Positions 63,237-64,000 of a stretch of DNA of 64,000 nt are shown here, piece by piece (within the stretch, counting starts at the first letter, position 1; the number at the start of each line of letters is the position of its first letter). This DNA is from Alphaproteobacteria bacterium. Its GTDB lineage: Bacteria; Pseudomonadota; Alphaproteobacteria; RF32; CAG-239. Made by a program: the position numbers and the translations under genes. Where the stretch lies: contig JAFSWL010000014.1 in NCBI GenBank assembly GCA_017444525.1, forward strand, positions 2,420-66,419. The letters run 5' to 3'. The notes beneath the pieces are model-generated. The model had not been told where the DNA came from. It ran no database searches and saw nothing but the letters and a program-made list of their open reading frames with translations.

Positions 63237-63706
63237 AGATTTTCTCCTATCCACTCATAACAATAATTCCACACAATCTGCATATCTTCAGGCTTATATT
63301 CCGGCTTTATCATAAACGGAGCATTTTGCAGCAAAATCGCCGCCGTACCGCTCAACTTCAGCTTTGATTTGGAGTTCAAAAAAGCAATCCATTCTTTTCC
63401 GGATTTAGCTACGGCATCAGGATATTTGCGCACACATGCACGTCTCATAATTTCAGATAGCTTAACTGCCGAAGCAAGTCCGGTATCGCCTTTCAATGAC
63501 AATAATATCCGCCGAGCGTAAATTTTTGCACTTTGTCGCCACACTATCTTTATAATCAGGTATAAGACATACAGTCCCAATAAACTGCACAGAAGACCCC
63601 ACCAACCGAATGCCAATGGAAAAATTGACACATTGCCATCCGGCAAATGAATATCTCTCAACAATGGCAAATTATCCATATTTATAATCTCCCTAAGCCT
63701 ATCCAC
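63233..63706 (-). CDS. DUF4381-like membrane protein (Bat operon companion)
   Basis: LRDIHLPDGNVSIFPLAFGWWGL followed by a TM is the DUF4381 pattern; 157 aa. Confidence 0.6.
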   Translation of the reverse strand: MDRLREIINMDNLPLLRDIHLPDGNVSIFPLAFGWWGLLCSLLGLYVLYLIIKIVWRQSAKIYARRILLSLKGDTGLASAVKLSEIMRRACVRKYPDAVAKSGKEWIAFLNSKSKLKLSGTAAILLQNAPFMIKPEYKPEDMQIVWNYCYEWIGENL

Positions 63707-63771
63707 ATTCTTTATAAATGTAATTTTTTATGACTCATTTATCAAGTATATTCATTGAAGATTACACACGT

Positions 63772-64000
63772 TTAACGTCTGGCATAACGTGGCTTGCGTG
63801 CCGGAACCTTTACCTGTTTGACTCCTAGCGGAAGTGTTTTGGTTGTCGGCAAATATTTTTTACGTGCTTCGGCTGCAGAAAGCAATGGTGGATTATAGCG
63901 CTTTCCTTTATACTCATCAGCCGGTGTTTTTTGGGTTTTCTGTTCCTCAGACGATCCTGTTGTTTCCTCTTTCACAGATTCTATAACATCTTCTTTCTCA
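63772..64000 (-). CDS. 3' end of an unidentified CDS running off the right edge (K/R/E-rich C-terminus)
   Basis: The frame stays open to nt 64000, so the listed start at 63975 is not a true start. No family recognised. By position it could be the DUF58-type Bat/MoxR operon member, but the tail does not confirm this. Confidence 0.35.
   Translation of the reverse strand, partial: EKEDVIESVKEETTGSSEEQKTQKTPADEYKGKRYNPPLLSAAEARKKYLPTTKTLPLGVKQVKVPARKPRYARR

Noticed and set aside
1-64000. A scan for tRNA/rRNA/tmRNA/SRP/RNase P signatures, CRISPR repeats, IS inverted repeats, integrase or transposase genes, and DnaA-box clusters.
   Set aside because: I saw no GGTTCGAATCC-type T-arms, no conserved SRP/RNase P/tmRNA core strings, no regularly spaced repeats and no recombinase-like ORFs. 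Only isolated TTATCCAC-like strings occur (e.g. near 52571 and 62240), with no clustering suggestive of an origin. The scan was by eye, so small or divergent elements could have been missed.

Overview
The window is a gene-dense (roughly 90% coding), AT-rich chromosomal segment; hand counts of sampled stretches give about 38% G+C. I found no rRNA, tRNA, CRISPR array, transposase, integrase or prophage genes. About 55 CDS sit in tightly packed co-directional blocks with 0-20 nt gaps, and several stop/start pairs overlap as ATGA.

Lineage markers suggest a low-GC alphaproteobacterium: GapR/DUF2312, an N-terminally truncated HprK, a DUF3035 lipoprotein next to lspA, RNase E with a ~240-aa insertion inside S1, a giant AsmA/YhdP-like protein, and DUF4381-BatABCD. 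PFOR (nifJ) plus an L-LDH suggest a fermentative, probably host- or gut-associated lifestyle. Both points are inference.

Content from left to right:
- DsbD-like reductase (5' truncated), then an orphan 888-aa protein with a 73-aa partner.
- rsmD-rluB, tadA, and an AlbA_2/Schlafen-like gene translationally coupled to rnhA.
- A complete Preiss-Handler NAD salvage operon (nadM-pncA-pncB-nadE).
- gapR, an HD nucleotidase, ybaK, ldh, ychF, and clpP-clpX.
- A small foreign-looking gene, a LonC/AAA_32-type Lon-like protease, two membrane-anchored TPR proteins, a 720-aa MORN_2/YwqK-repeat protein, and slyX.
- The block amiC-mrcA-prfB(+1 frameshift)-asmA-like-HAD-like.
- rne with a 428-nt leader, an M48/TPR protease, a second foreign-looking gene (Bacteroidota-style OMP), and nifJ.
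- An ICMT/PEMT-like membrane protein, lspA, two M16 peptidases, pgi and mutL.
- An ~11-kb minus-strand block: DUF4381-batA-batB-batC-batD-SNase-tsaE-hprK-mlaE-mlaF-radA-cvpA.

Most of the window is core housekeeping, and I see no textbook defence island. The candidates I rank highest for something undescribed are:
1. Two bulged hairpins with different stems but an identical 11-nt loop, bracketing nadM inside the NAD salvage transcript.
2. The AlbA_2-like protein with an unknown C-terminal domain, coupled to RNase HI.
3. A membrane-anchored SNase closing the Bat/vWA operon.
4. Two single-gene cassettes with foreign composition and no Shine-Dalgarno sequence.
5. The orphan 888-aa/73-aa pair.

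All functional calls come from motifs I recognise by eye. No database search was possible. Hairpin coordinates may be off by 1-2 nt.
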